Assembly: GCF_001194135.2 (NCBI RefSeq)
Contig: NC_068983.1
Coordinates: 14,367,701-14,431,700, forward strand
From: Octopus bimaculoides
Taxonomy: Eukaryota
Direction: 5' to 3'
DNA length: 64,000 bases
Below are positions 13,847 to 26,199 of this stretch, one piece after another (within the stretch, counting starts at the first letter, position 1; the number at the start of each line of letters is the position of its first letter). The notes beneath the pieces were generated by a model. That model was not told the DNA's origin. It made no database searches and saw nothing but the letters and a program-made list of their open reading frames with translations. The position numbers were made by a program, and so were the translations under genes.

Positions 13847-15074
13847 ACCTATGTATGTATATATATATATGTTATGTATGTATGTATATATATATACATA
13901 GAACGAGCGAAAGAGCTATATAAATAACATACTGGACTAAGATAAGAATATTCTATTCAAATGCCACTTTAAGAAATTAAGTATAGAATACTAATCTTAG
14001 CGGAAGTTATACTAAAATGCCCTTTTATTCAGTTTCTTTTTTAACCGATAACAAAATCTTTGAAAAAAATTAAGATGAAGAAAGCTAAAATATAAAGAAA
14101 CATAAGACAACCACTGTAATAATTTGAGTAAGAAAGTATATAAAATATAACTATATGAACAAAACATTCAAAGAATGTCTTAAAAACATTCTCTTAACTT
14201 TCTATATTCACAAAAAATGTAACAAAAACATGTTCCCGTTATACAGAAATTGGGAATTTCTGGAATTGAGAAAAAACCAAAATAGTTGTGACGGTATGAG
14301 AAAAATACTATGTATACAATGAATAAATATTTAAAAAATGGTATGGATAAAATAAAATAAGAAGTAAAGTTGAAGAATTGAAAAGAAATTGCTAAAAAAT
14401 ACAAATAAAGGAACGGATTGACGGAACGAAAGGAGGGAAGAAAATGAAGAGAAATCTTTAACACATTTCCCGGTATCGTGCACAAGATGTTGGCCTTTCA
14501 ATTAACTGAAAATCTCAGTGAGATTTGCCTCGTCCTTGTCAAGTATGTACTTTGAAATTTCCCGATCACTCACCAGAAAAGATGTTGAAAATATAATGAC
14601 ACAAAAGTAGAGAATGAAATAGAAAAAAAAAAAAAAACGAATTTACAAACACAAAAGAAAGAACTGCAATGGTTCTTCATAAAAGATTAGATGAATATTC
14701 TTTAATTCAAGATTTCAATGAGATGAAAAAAAAAAAGACTTATAAATATTTCTTTTTTAAATATCGAGCAAGGCTTAGTAATTTGACTTTGCACATTATC
14801 TCAATTCAAGACGAGACTGTGAGTGATCGGTGAACATTTTTTGGAAAATTCTATACAAATAGCTTCTGTATAGGAAAAAAATTGAGGGAATCCAGAGAAA
14901 GAGAGTGAGTGAGAGCGTGAATAAATGAAGATATATATATAGGGAACAAGAAAAATACAAGCAAAGATATAAAGACAGAATGAGACAGAGAGTACGAGAG
15001 AAGAGAGAGACGTAAGACCGCATCATCAGAGAGAAAGAGAAAGCGTGCATAAGTGTGTGTGCGTGCGTTTGTGT

Positions 15075-15110
<36 letters not shown>

Positions 15111-15152
15111 TGAGACAGAGGGAGTGATAGATAGATAGATAGNNNNNNNNNN

Positions 15153-15229
<77 letters not shown>

Positions 15230-15926
15230 AAGAACGAGAAAAATACATTGAAATAGTAAGAGTGATAAGCAGAAGTATAGAGAGGAGAATATCCAGTATT
15301 ATACAGATAGAATATATGGGAAAGAAATGTGGATGAGTCAAGAGTCATATTATAAATACTAAAAGTACATATATATATAAAAGCATAAAAACGTATGCGT
15401 GTGCATTTTGTTAATGTGTGTGTGTAAGAGAGAGAGAGAGTGAGAGTGAGTGTGTATTTTGTCAGTGTGTGTGTGTGTGTACATCTGTGTGCCCGCGCAC
15501 ACAGATGTACGTCTGTTTCTGTGTCTGCATGCGTCTGTGTGTGGGTGCGTGTGCATGCGCGGACCCGTGTGTGATATTCATACGTTTCTTTTCGGTTCGT
15601 TCTTTAGCGTGTTTTATTTTTTACCTTCTGCACGACGAAGACTTTGTAGCATAGATTTCTTCTTTTTTCTGGTACTGGACGAGGTCAGGTCTAATTATTT
15701 CTAATGTCATTTATTTACACTTGACAGTGAATATAGAACTTATTTTCACATTGATGTAGCTCAAGTATTCAATATGTGTTTAACACCAGCTCAACAGAAA
15801 TTCTGCGGCTTACTGTATACATTGGATTAATTATTAGCGAGATTATTTACGTTATGCTAGACATGTGACATCACATTAACGCATGCATACACACACACAT
15901 ACATACATACATACATACATATATAT

Positions 15927-15985
<59 letters not shown>

Positions 15986-16326
15986 CTGTTCCATAATAAA
16001 AAAATCAACAAAAATAGTACTGCATCTGGCAAGAGATTAATATTATTTATTTAAAGGTCACAATACATGTATTTAAGTGCTACTAATAGTTTTATATGTT
16101 AAGAAAACTCAAATATATTCTTCAGGCGCAGACCACATATCATAACGAACTAAAAATTTCGTATAATAGAAGAAACGCGAAAAAAACTGGAGTGGCAGCA
16201 AATAGAAAACGCAGAAAGTAAACAACAGAAAATGGAAAACGAAAACACAAAAACTAAAATGTAAAAAGTAACCACTCTAGTATTGATCAGAATGATAATA
16301 TGAAACCTAAAAATAGGTCAAAGAAA

Positions 16327-16730
16327 GTTATTTCGTTTTTGCCTCTTCCTTTTCCCTGAATATGAAAGCTAACATTCGTAAAAGATTCCCGTTTCTCCTA
16401 GACAAACACTTTCCAGCAATTCAGAGGTACAGAAAAATATTCAATAGGCGTTCTGTGAAATTATCATATGGCTGCTGCCCTACTATGAAGAGCATCATTA
16501 CACGTGGCCAATACCAAGAACCTAAATCTAGTTACAACTGTCGCGACCCAGGATTCTGTCCACTTGACCAAGAATGTATGATTAAATCTATTATATATGA
16601 AGCAGAGTGCTACTGTAACCTTAAATGAAAATACAACTGATAAAATCACCTATATTGGATTATGTGAAAGTGAATTTAAAAATCGCTATGCCAATCACAT
16701 AACCTCCTTCCGACATAAGGAGGACAAAAG
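16327..16730 (+). mobile_element. Penelope-like element fragment: RT C-terminus, Cys motif and GIY-YIG endonuclease (Naiad/Neptune-type)
   Basis: KANIRKRFPFLLDKHFP...KIFNRRSVKLSYGCCPTMKSII; (Y)NCRDPGFCPLDQEC; SIIYEA...(frameshift) TYIGLCESEFKNRYANHITSFRH match the PLE pattern KHFP..HKIFNR.TVK.SYSC / CNC..CPL.G.C / VYxA..YIG..FKxRYxNH. Confidence 0.88.
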
Positions 16731-19649
16731 TGAAGTTGAAAAGAAAATAGTTTATTTGCTAGAAAGAAAAAAACAACTAAGAAATTCATGTTGAATTCTT
16801 GATAATTTAAATGCCATCCATGTTATTAATGCTGTCTGGGAAAAGCTCACAACTTTTTCATGAAAACGGAGAATTAATTTTTACCCGGGACAATGTACGG
16901 TTTTGGGGGATATGGACCACTGGTGAAGGAGCTGCATTCATACAAGAAATTTTAGAGTCGATAGGAGAGTCTGTATTCATATTTTGATAAGGGGCAACAT
17001 CTCCAGTCTGGTTCGTCATTAGCTGGTGACCAGGGTAATCCATCATTGCAGAACTCAAGATGCTTCCAGCTCCACTTACGAGCTACATTAACATTATATA
17101 TANNNNNNNNNNNNNNNNNNNNNNNNNNNNNNNNNNNNNNNNNNNNNNNNNNNNNNNNNNNNNNNNNNNNNNTATATATATATATATATATATAATACAG
17201 CCAGATTATCCTTGCAATTTCGGCTGGTTATTCTCGATATTGCTCCAATCTGGCCAGCCCCAAGGAAAACCTAAGCTAAGAGCATTAGATTCCTTGGAAG
17301 AAAGCAGCGAATGTATACAAAAACAAGGACAGAAAAGAAAACGAACAATTTACACAAATACAGTAAGAATAATAACAGGACATAACAACAGATGTCTTTC
17401 GACTAAGGACGAATAAAATTAAGCTGGTCTTCAGCAGGGTTACAAGATTTCACAGGCACAGGGAGGAATAACATTGTTGCACGCACAACGGCCGGACAAG
17501 AAAGAAAGTCCAGGCTTGGCCAAACACTGATCACGCGGGAAGATGTATATATATATATTAAAATAATAATGCCCAGTGAGCAAATGCACGAAGCAGGAAA
17601 ACTGCAACATAGAAACTTAACTCTGAGAAGCTCTGGTTCTTCATAGCTGATATGTTTATCTCACGCTGTGATATCCTAAAATAGACTCAGAGATTTAAAG
17701 GAAAATCATAGTTCGTGTTATGTTGATTGAATAGTTAGTGAAATGCGTAAAATAATACCAAACCAAATTTTGAAATTTTGTTTACATATGAGGATTCTGA
17801 ACAGTACTGCAATTTATCACTGGTAACTTATCTTGTTATGCTGCTGAGAGAAATCTTTAAATAACCATGCTAGTGTGTCATGTTTTGGTTATAAAAGAAT
17901 TTTAAATGCTATTTCAAGCGAAAAAAAGAAAAAGAAATATAATCCTCAGCACCGTTGGTACTCTATTTCATTTATGACTGAATCTAATTAAAACTAGGTC
18001 ATGTGCTAAGCCATTCAAACTTGTCATCCTTTGATAGTCAATGATAATTGCAGCTAATCGCTTTGTCGACAATCATGCTAGCCGCGTACGTTTCTTAGCT
18101 AAGTAACTATTGAAGTTGATTGATGCTGTTTTTTCTTTATTCTGACAGGGAATACATTCATTACCATACCATCTGATAATTTGTCATCATTACTGAAATT
18201 TTAAAAACAACATAAATTTTTTCTGTAACAGTCACAAAAAATATCGATTTGTTTAAATTGAATGCAAGTTCAAAAACGCTGAAGAGATGAGGGAAGTAGG
18301 TTTGCCCGAGATTTATAACTATTACCGATGTCTTTGGGTGAGGAGAAACTGCAAGCTGAAATTGAAAACTGGCTGCGAAATTTGCTCACTAACTACTTCT
18401 ACTGAAGAAGCAAACATCATGTTTTTATTCGTTTACTTTACAGGCAACATGTTTACTTTATCCTTCAAAACAAATATTATTTGAAATCTTAAAAATAGAT
18501 TTTTTTCTCTTATTTTATTCGTGATATGAAAGACATCTCGACTAATGAATCTATATTTGTCATTATATTAAGAAGAAAAAAAAAACGATGTTTGTTTTTA
18601 ACACTTAATTGAAGCCAACAACGAATTCAATTACATTTTCTTCAACAATTATCCAAAATAAAAGTCTAATGATATGAGATTCTTTGTTTTTTTAACAACT
18701 CAGTGAAACAAATTAAATCCATTATTGACAAGAATAACCTATGATTTTTTTTGTTTTTGCAGAAATGAAAAAGGGAATAAAACAAACATAAAACCATATT
18801 TGAATTCTAGTGAAGAAATAAGCCGTTTAGCAAGAATGGAATGTTTCAGAAATTTCTTTTTTGTTGTTGGATTTTACGTAGAAAATAACATGGGTTTTGC
18901 TTCATCTTGGTCTTAATGCTGTTGATGTTGTTTGAAATTTTATTGGAATTAATTCGATCATTCTAATGTCAAACTAATAAATAGGTTTTCAGGCAACTAA
19001 ATTAGATTGAGAAAAATATAGAAAATTGGAAATGACGAGCGAGATAGGAAGAGTGATGGAAGATAAATATCAGAATGGCTTACTTTGACATGCGATAAAC
19101 ATTTCAACGAGATTTTAAAGAAACTTAAATCGTGTTTAATAACATCCAGTGATTCATACATTGAATATGGATATAACAGATTGTCATTCTTTAATCTATG
19201 TATAACTGGCTCTATTAAATCTGATAAACAACTGATTTCTTAGTACAGTTGACTCTAATGACGTCATAGAAAACTGGGACACATCAAACTAATAAATCAC
19301 TGAAGTTGATCAGCATGAAAAATAAACCCAATCAATTATTAAGTTAGAGTGCGGATGTTGCTGTCTCGCTAATTAACGGCTTGTCATTTATTTTTAATGA
19401 GTATATTTATTTTCAATACCTATCAGTGTACATTGATATACATTATTTAATAATTTTCTGATCGCTAAACCAGCAGCTAGAAGGAAGACTACCCTTTACC
19501 GAGGAAGGGAAATAATATCGAAATATATCTAAATTTATCTCCCATGGTTACCGAAAGGAATGCAATAATATTAGTTATTGAACTGATGTCGTCATTTACA
19601 CACTGTATTTATAGTATTGCTAATATTTAAATACACAATACATAAAATA

Positions 19650-21024
19650 CGAGAGTGGTTTTTACCGAAATTAATGCAAAGAATGGGCGTCACTGCATCG
19701 TTAACCGATATAGGTCGTTCAAATTGCACATGATGGTGGGGATAATCTTCCCTCTATACTAAATCTTTTTTACTGTATTTCTACATCGCAGTCAAATAAT
19801 AGATATCAATGAGAAACGATGTACGGTCATTGAGTTCTTGATAATGAGAAGATCCAGGCTGTACGACATCTGCGGAAGGTCAGTTGATGCTTACAGAGAT
19901 GATACTGTTGGCAAAAGAGATATGCATATATGTTTGAAGACGTTTAAAGGGGAAGCGAGTATTGATGAAAAACCGTGCAGCAGGAGAACATGAAATACGA
20001 TAACTAACGCGAATCGTTTGGGAGAGGACGAAGCAACTTGGGAAGACAGACGAGACAAACAATGGTGGAAGACTGGATATTGGAAAGTGTAAAGTGGATA
20101 TCTCGGCAATTCATAATCGACTGAGAGGTGAGAAGGGTGGAAGTCTACGTTGATCTCATGAAAACATTTGAAGAACATGCAAACAATTTTTTCATACTTG
20201 GTGAGAGAGGATGAAACGTGGGCATATATTCTTCCACTTTTTGTTGTATAAAATGAAGAGCAAACAAAAGTCTTGTATTCAGTTCCTTAGTTGGTCGCTG
20301 CATTGTTTCTTTGAACATCACGTTGCTTCAGTCTATTCAACTGATACGACTGCATTTTGCTATCCCATCGTTGTTGTTCTACTGGATCAGTTGTAGCCGA
20401 ACAAGAGGATGCACCGAAAATAATCAGCGAAAGTCTATATAGATGCGGTACACCTCTACGGTTTAAGAATTTCTGGAGCAAGTTATCAACACAGGAAGTC
20501 ATGGAGCATCACTAGGGCGCCAATTTCTTTTATGTTCGGGAAGATGAGTGTACAATAAGCAGTGAACAGTACATTGGTACACTCAAAAGTTTTGAAAAGC
20601 CATTAAGAATCAGAAACCGAAAAAGAATCCCAAAATAATCTATCTTCACCATGAAAGCCCGCGACCACATATATGTTCGGCATGAAATCAAGCAATCGCA
20701 AATTGCACTGTTCATTGGTCCTTCATTCACCTTTCTACTCGGATCGGGCACACTAGAACTTTGATGTGTTGGTCTAATGAAGAACAGTCCTCGGGGACTT
20801 GACAAACGAGGTGAAGATGCGGGTATGACGAATTCACACATGATTGTTTTCAAAGACGTTTAGGGAGTTAGACACAAATGCTTCTTCTATGATAGAAAGT
20901 ATGCTGCGTAATACCTTTGTATGTAGAAAGAGTTAGTCAAACGTGCAATTTGAACGGTGTATGTCGGTTAATAAAAATAGGTTATGCTAACATTTGCATT
21001 ACTTTCGGTATAACCCTCCCCTGA
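19650..21024 (+). mobile_element. Mariner relic 1 (degenerate transposase, both TIRs)
   Basis: TIR core taccgaaa(t/g)taatgcaaa at ~19663-19680 and inverted at 20993-21010; TA flanks. 19802-19993 reads EKRCTVIEFL...DAYRDDTVGKRDMHICLKTFKGEASIDEKPCSRR (HTH); DETW at 20211; LHHESPRPH and HSPFYSDRAH are decayed HHDNARPH and HPPYSPDLAP. Confidence 0.82.
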
Positions 21025-21108
21025 TAACACATACTCAATAACCTAGCTGTAATAAACTCACCACCATCTAAATACCTGCATATAAAGTAATTTCTAAATA
21101 AAGCCGAA

Positions 21109-21237
21109 ATACTCTTCCACTTTTTGTTGTATAAAATGAAGAGCGAACAAAACGTCTTTGCTATCCCATCGTTGCTCTACTGGATCAGTTACTTTGTAGA
21201 TGAATAAGAGGATGCACCGAAAATAATCAGCAAAAGT
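21109..21237 (+). repeat. Direct-repeat partner of the insert at 20226-20434 in mariner 1
   Basis: cttccactttttgttgtataaaatgaagagc.aacaaaa and tttgctatcccatcgttg...ctactggatcagtt...aagaggatgcaccgaaaataatcagc.aaagt are shared; this copy lacks ~80 bp. Confidence 0.9.
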
Positions 21238-21877
21238 ATGGTAGAGAGTGGTAAGTCATCTTGAATTCCAAATGACAACCGTGATTTTAGTAGTTTAGTC
21301 GAATACGAAAGTCAATTTATGAAATTGCATTATTGGAATGTATACAGCATAAACCTCTAAACCAAATCCCTCTGTTCTAGGAAATGTATTCGAAAAAATA
21401 ACTCCGCTGAGACACAGGGCAACTCTCTGGACTGTAAATAAGCGAGGATATTGTATTACATATCGCGTCACAGATCTCATTAAGAGACTTCATTTATTTC
21501 TATTTGTACTTGATATTATTTTATGTTTGGTATTTTAAGTTTAGACAATCAAGCAATTATTCTAATCGTTGAATACATGTTTATGGTTGTTGCATTGTTG
21601 CTATTGCTGTTGCTGTTTGTTTTGAGGTCAGGATCGCTTCACCACACCTATCATCAAAGATGTACCAACCATGGCCATTTAGTTATTTTCAAACGCACAT
21701 TGCACTCACGATCGCCATCTGCAAACTCTTCCTTTCTAAGACAGTAAGGTTGCATCCTCCCTCCCATATAGACTTCCTTGTTGGCTCGTCATATATACTG
21801 TTCACTTTTACATGACTATTGTCAGAAAAACAGTCTCTGTGAAATTTTTTATGCATACTGTACTGACACAAACAATG

Positions 21878-22060
21878 TTTAAAGGTATCAAGAATCGAGT
21901 AGCTGTGCATCCCCAGAGGCATCAATATATCTTCCATATATTTAGACCCAAATTTATCACTGTCAAGAACTACGTGATTATTGTGATCAGCAATCTGTGC
22001 ATCTTAAAAGAAATCACGTACAGATGTTTACATAAATTGACAATCTTGTTTTCACCGAAC
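21878..22060 (+). repeat. Inverted-repeat partner of the insert at 23518-23698 in mariner 2
   Basis: 183 bp with 7 substitutions and a 2-bp indel versus the reverse complement of 23518-23698 (hand alignment). Confidence 0.95.
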
Positions 22061-22983
22061 GTTAACCTATTTATCAGAAGACTATGACGCCATTTTGAAA
22101 GCATTACATAAATAAAACTTGTTCTCAGGGGATATACAAATAGAATACTCAACACGATAATCTCTTACAAGATATGTTTTGACATTTTGAAAACTTTACA
22201 GATTACATCAGCCATTTGATATTTTTTGCTACTTATACTCGTTCTTACCAGACAAATTCTCAGAGACAATAAATCTTAATAAATATTCTTCTGTAAATTA
22301 CTTTGGGTTTCCAGTATGGGAAGCTGAACTTACTTCCACCGTTGATTCGAAACTTTAAAAGTTAACATAATACGCTTAGTGTAAGTAACATGAAATATGA
22401 AAACGAAAAGGAAAAAAATTAATAAAATGCACTACACTGAAGAATGTTGGGGTTTATATAATCTTTGACGCTCACCTGGATATTTTTAAATATATGGTTA
22501 TAATATTTTCCTGTTCACGACCTTCCTATAGAAGTGAATCGATAATTCTTGTCAGGAAATGTATTTTATATTTATGATTCACGCTTGTCTGCATCTACAG
22601 CCTGAATTTACACAATTCTTCATTTTGATATTTTCTGTTACTGTAATTTGCTATTTGGTATCAGTCCTGAAGTGACTTGACATGATTATTCCAAGTTATT
22701 CATGTGAGGAAATCTAAAAAGTTGGATTAAGTTGATGTGACAGGATGGTCACTTAACGAAAATGTTAGGTGAAACTATTGGTATGGATTGCTAAATATTG
22801 TATTAATACTCAAATCTAACACATTCATGAAGTTTCTTGTTCAGTGGAGCTTTCAGTGACAGGTAGAATTTTAATCTTTTCCTGAGTTTAGATAGGAAAA
22901 TGCCAAGAATTTAAGATTATGTCGCGAAGTATTTGCTGTTCACTTCAGAAATAGATTTGCTTTAATTAAATATTCCATAATTA

Positions 22984-24440
22984 CGAGGTGCATTCCAGAA
23001 GTTTTGAGACTTTTCCAGGAGAGATATTTATTAATTTCAGAGCAGTACAAAACTTTAATCGTTTCCAAAGTAGGATCATCTGACTTTAATATACGTGTTG
23101 TAGCGCTCCAGCCACTTTACGAAGGCTTCAAACTGAAGTTGTCCGCGACCAGTTGTCCGGGACCAGTCACAACCTCCTTCACCTCCTTCAGATTGTGGCA
23201 CAACCAGATGTCACAAGAAGCAAGATTTTGAGTGGAGGGAGAGTGAAGGACAGTTTTGATGCCAATCTCTGTCGAGTAGTTGGATACCAGGATGGAAATT
23301 AAGATTGGTGTATTATCCTGGTGCTGGTGTCACCGACTCGAGGGGAAGAGTTTTTGAGTTTTGCTTCGTAACGTTTTGCTGAACTCTATTTCCATAAAGA
23401 TTTCTTTGTCAATCGTATGCCCAAAGGGAACCCACTGGATTTAGATGGTGCACTTGGTGTTGAAAAAGGGGAATCATCATGGGATTCCCGGTGGACGTAT
23501 CTTGCATGACTCTCTTTGTTCGGTGAAAACAAGATTGTCAATTTTTGTAAACATCTGTACGCGATTTCTTTTAAGATGCAGAGATTACCGATCACAATAA
23601 TCACGTAGTTCTTGACTGATAAATTTGGGTCTAAATATATGGAAGATATATTGATGCCTCTAGGGATGCACAGTTACTCGATTCTTGATACCTTTAAAAC
23701 AAGATGCTTCCGTTGGGTCCTATGTCTCTTGGTCTCTGAATCTTATCAACAGATGGCGCTTTCGTGACCAGAGTCTCAACTACTCATGGATTGAAGGTAA
23801 TGAGATCGGCCAACTCCCTGCTGGCACCAACGCGTCTTCCATTCTGTTCACCACTGAGCATCCCGGAACAAACTCTGCACAAAATTCTGGCACGCTCAGA
23901 TCTTCACGAGCAATTCTATGTATATTTTCCTCACCAACTTCAAACCGTATGCTTATTTTTGACGGTCTTTATCTTGAGAATTACGAATGTTTTCAACAAA
24001 GTTCTGATGTTCTGACGTCCCTCTCTCTTTCTCACACCTCTCATAATCTCTCACCACCTCTCTACCGCCTTTAAACCTTCTCTTGTGCCAGCGATAAACA
24101 AATGTTGCTCATGCAAGTTAATCCATAAGCAGCTCGGAGCATTTCATAAGTTTCTGTAACGCTTGTGACCAGTTTAACGCAAAGGATTAATGAATAGCAA
24201 TTACCAAATTATCTTCACGTCCCGACTGCATTCTGCAATCTAGTCATCTGCGACAAGAAGTGTTTATTAGGGCGTATTCAAAATACTGTTACATACGTTT
24301 ATTTCAGTCTGGAATAAAGATAATTTGGCAGGTCAGCTTATTAAATGCATAGTAATGGTTTACCAAATTTACAATAACCTAGAACAGTTATAATTGTCTC
24401 TCTTAAAAAAAAAGTGTCAAAACTTCTGGAATGCACATCG
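22984..24440 (-). mobile_element. Mariner relic 2 (degenerate transposase, both TIRs)
   Basis: 28-bp TIRs cgaggtgcattccagaagttttgagact (26/28) flanked by TA. Minus translation gives CVKLVTSVTETYEMLRAAYG, DSETKRHRTQRKH and HQDNTPILISILVSNYSTEIGIKTVLHSPSTQNLASCDIWLCHNLK (decayed HQDNAP...PYSPDLAPCDFWLFPKL). Confidence 0.92.
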
Positions 24441-25063
24441 TATGGGTGCCTAAATTTCTTACCGTTCTGAGTGGAAGAATCTAACATTTCGGAGCAAATT
24501 GCCAGATAGAAGTGAAACAGAATGGAATGAAAGTGTTGAATATTAGGTTTTGGAAGTAAGTGAGGAAATGATTTCAGCGAAGAGCGATGAAGAGAGTGTT
24601 GTACGGGATGAGGTTTCAGAGGGAAAGATTGCTGCCATGAGTCGCTGACACGAGGAATAAAACATGGAATGAGTTAATTAGCGAGTGGGAGATTGGTTAG
24701 TGAAGACTGGTGTGCAAGGAGGCCTATACAATCTGGCTGGCAGTATACTGACGTTAACCAGTAAAGGATATAATATACTCAGAATTATATATGTTCATGT
24801 AAACAAACCAGACCAGTACGCATGGCATAGGAAGACATGGAGATGAGAGAGAGGGATGGAGAAGGGGAAGAGCTTGGTGTACCACTAGTAGCTGCCATTT
24901 GTACTTTCACCTTGATGAGGGATCAGAAAATTGCAAGTGTCTATGTATTAAGCTAAACTAAAAAAATATTCACGGTACCAGCTTAGTGTTCGGTGAAAAC
25001 AGAAAGAAACAGTGATCGTGAGAAAGAGATGAGGATAGAGAGAGAGAGAGAGAAGGAGAGAGA

Positions 25064-25094
<31 letters not shown>

Positions 25095-25141
25095 TCTTAT
25101 ATCAACGAAGAGTTTATAATTGTTCGACCTTTTAGAAAAAG

Positions 25142-25185
<44 letters not shown>

Positions 25186-25822
25186 TGGGCATTGTATCTA
25201 AGATAAGCCACACTCGAAAAGGAAAAAAAACATGGGATGATCACTGGTGAAATGCTTTTGATCATGCAGAATCCATCGGATAAACAATCTATCGACTGTA
25301 GATACTTCTGTTTAAACCACTAATTATTTATATACACTGCATATATTTACATTGTATAAAATTATTATTTCTGATCTCATTTTCTTATCAGTGATGTTTA
25401 ATCCACTCAATTTCAAGTTTCTTGTTACACATTTAAGTATAGCTTTCAAAAATTTAGTTTTTGTATATTTTTTTCCGGCGCCCACAAGAGAAAAACATGA
25501 TGATGTTCGAACATCTGGTATCGATATCTTTTTAATCGGCAATTTCATTTCATATGTAACAAAAAAATATTATTTGATGTTTTTTGTGCTTAAATTTCAC
25601 ATTTTCATCAATGTTTGGTTATGTGCGATAATTAGTTATGGATGTGACTTCATCTGGGTAAATGTTTGTAATTAATCCACGAGTTTGCATTCTACTGATT
25701 GTTAACGGAAATAAGTTGTTTCATCCAAGAATGGTGAATTTCAGAACATTTTCAACAATATTTATATACATTTATCAAAAACCTATGCTGTTTTCAGTGT
25801 TAGTCAATGCTGACACCGATTA

Positions 25823-26199
25823 GTTGTTGTTGTTGGCACTCCGTCGCTTACGACGTCGAGAGTGCCAGTTGATCCGATCAACGGAACAGCCTGCTAGTGA
25901 AATTAACGTGCAAGTGGCTGAGCACTCCACAGACACGTGTACCCTTAACGTAGTTCTCGGGGATATTCAGCGTAACACAGTGTGACAAGGCTGGCCCTTT
26001 GTATTAAAGGCACAACAGAAACAGGAAGTACGAGAGAGTTGTGGGGAAAGAGTACAACAGGGTTCGCCACCATCGGACCCTCATGGAACTTTAGGTGTTT
26101 TCGCTCAATAAACACTCACAACGGCCGGTCTGGGAATCGAAACCGCGATCCTATGACTGCGTGTCCGCTGCCCTAACCACTGGGCCATTGCGTCTCCAC
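25823..26199 (-). mobile_element. tRNA-derived SINE, family B, (AAC)n tail, exact TSD
   Basis: Head gtggagacgcaatggcccagtggttagggcagcggac...ggtttcgattcccagacc; TSD tgacaccgatta at 25811-25822 and 26200-26211. Confidence 0.95.

Noticed and set aside
14562-14832. 12-bp inverted repeat ccgatcactcac / gtgagtgatcgg
   Set aside because: Too short and lacks a TSD; compatible with chance.
18328-18405. MSLGEEKLQAEIENWLRNLLTNYFY, faintly like a mariner C-terminal helix
   Set aside because: 25 aa with no flanking motifs or TIR.
24500-24930. Purine-rich segment with a faint RTE-LINE flavour
   Set aside because: No diagnostic motif could be recovered in any frame.
25823-26199. tRNA genes at SINE heads
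   Set aside because: A/B boxes are present but the cloverleafs are broken and continue into SINE bodies; annotated as SINEs.
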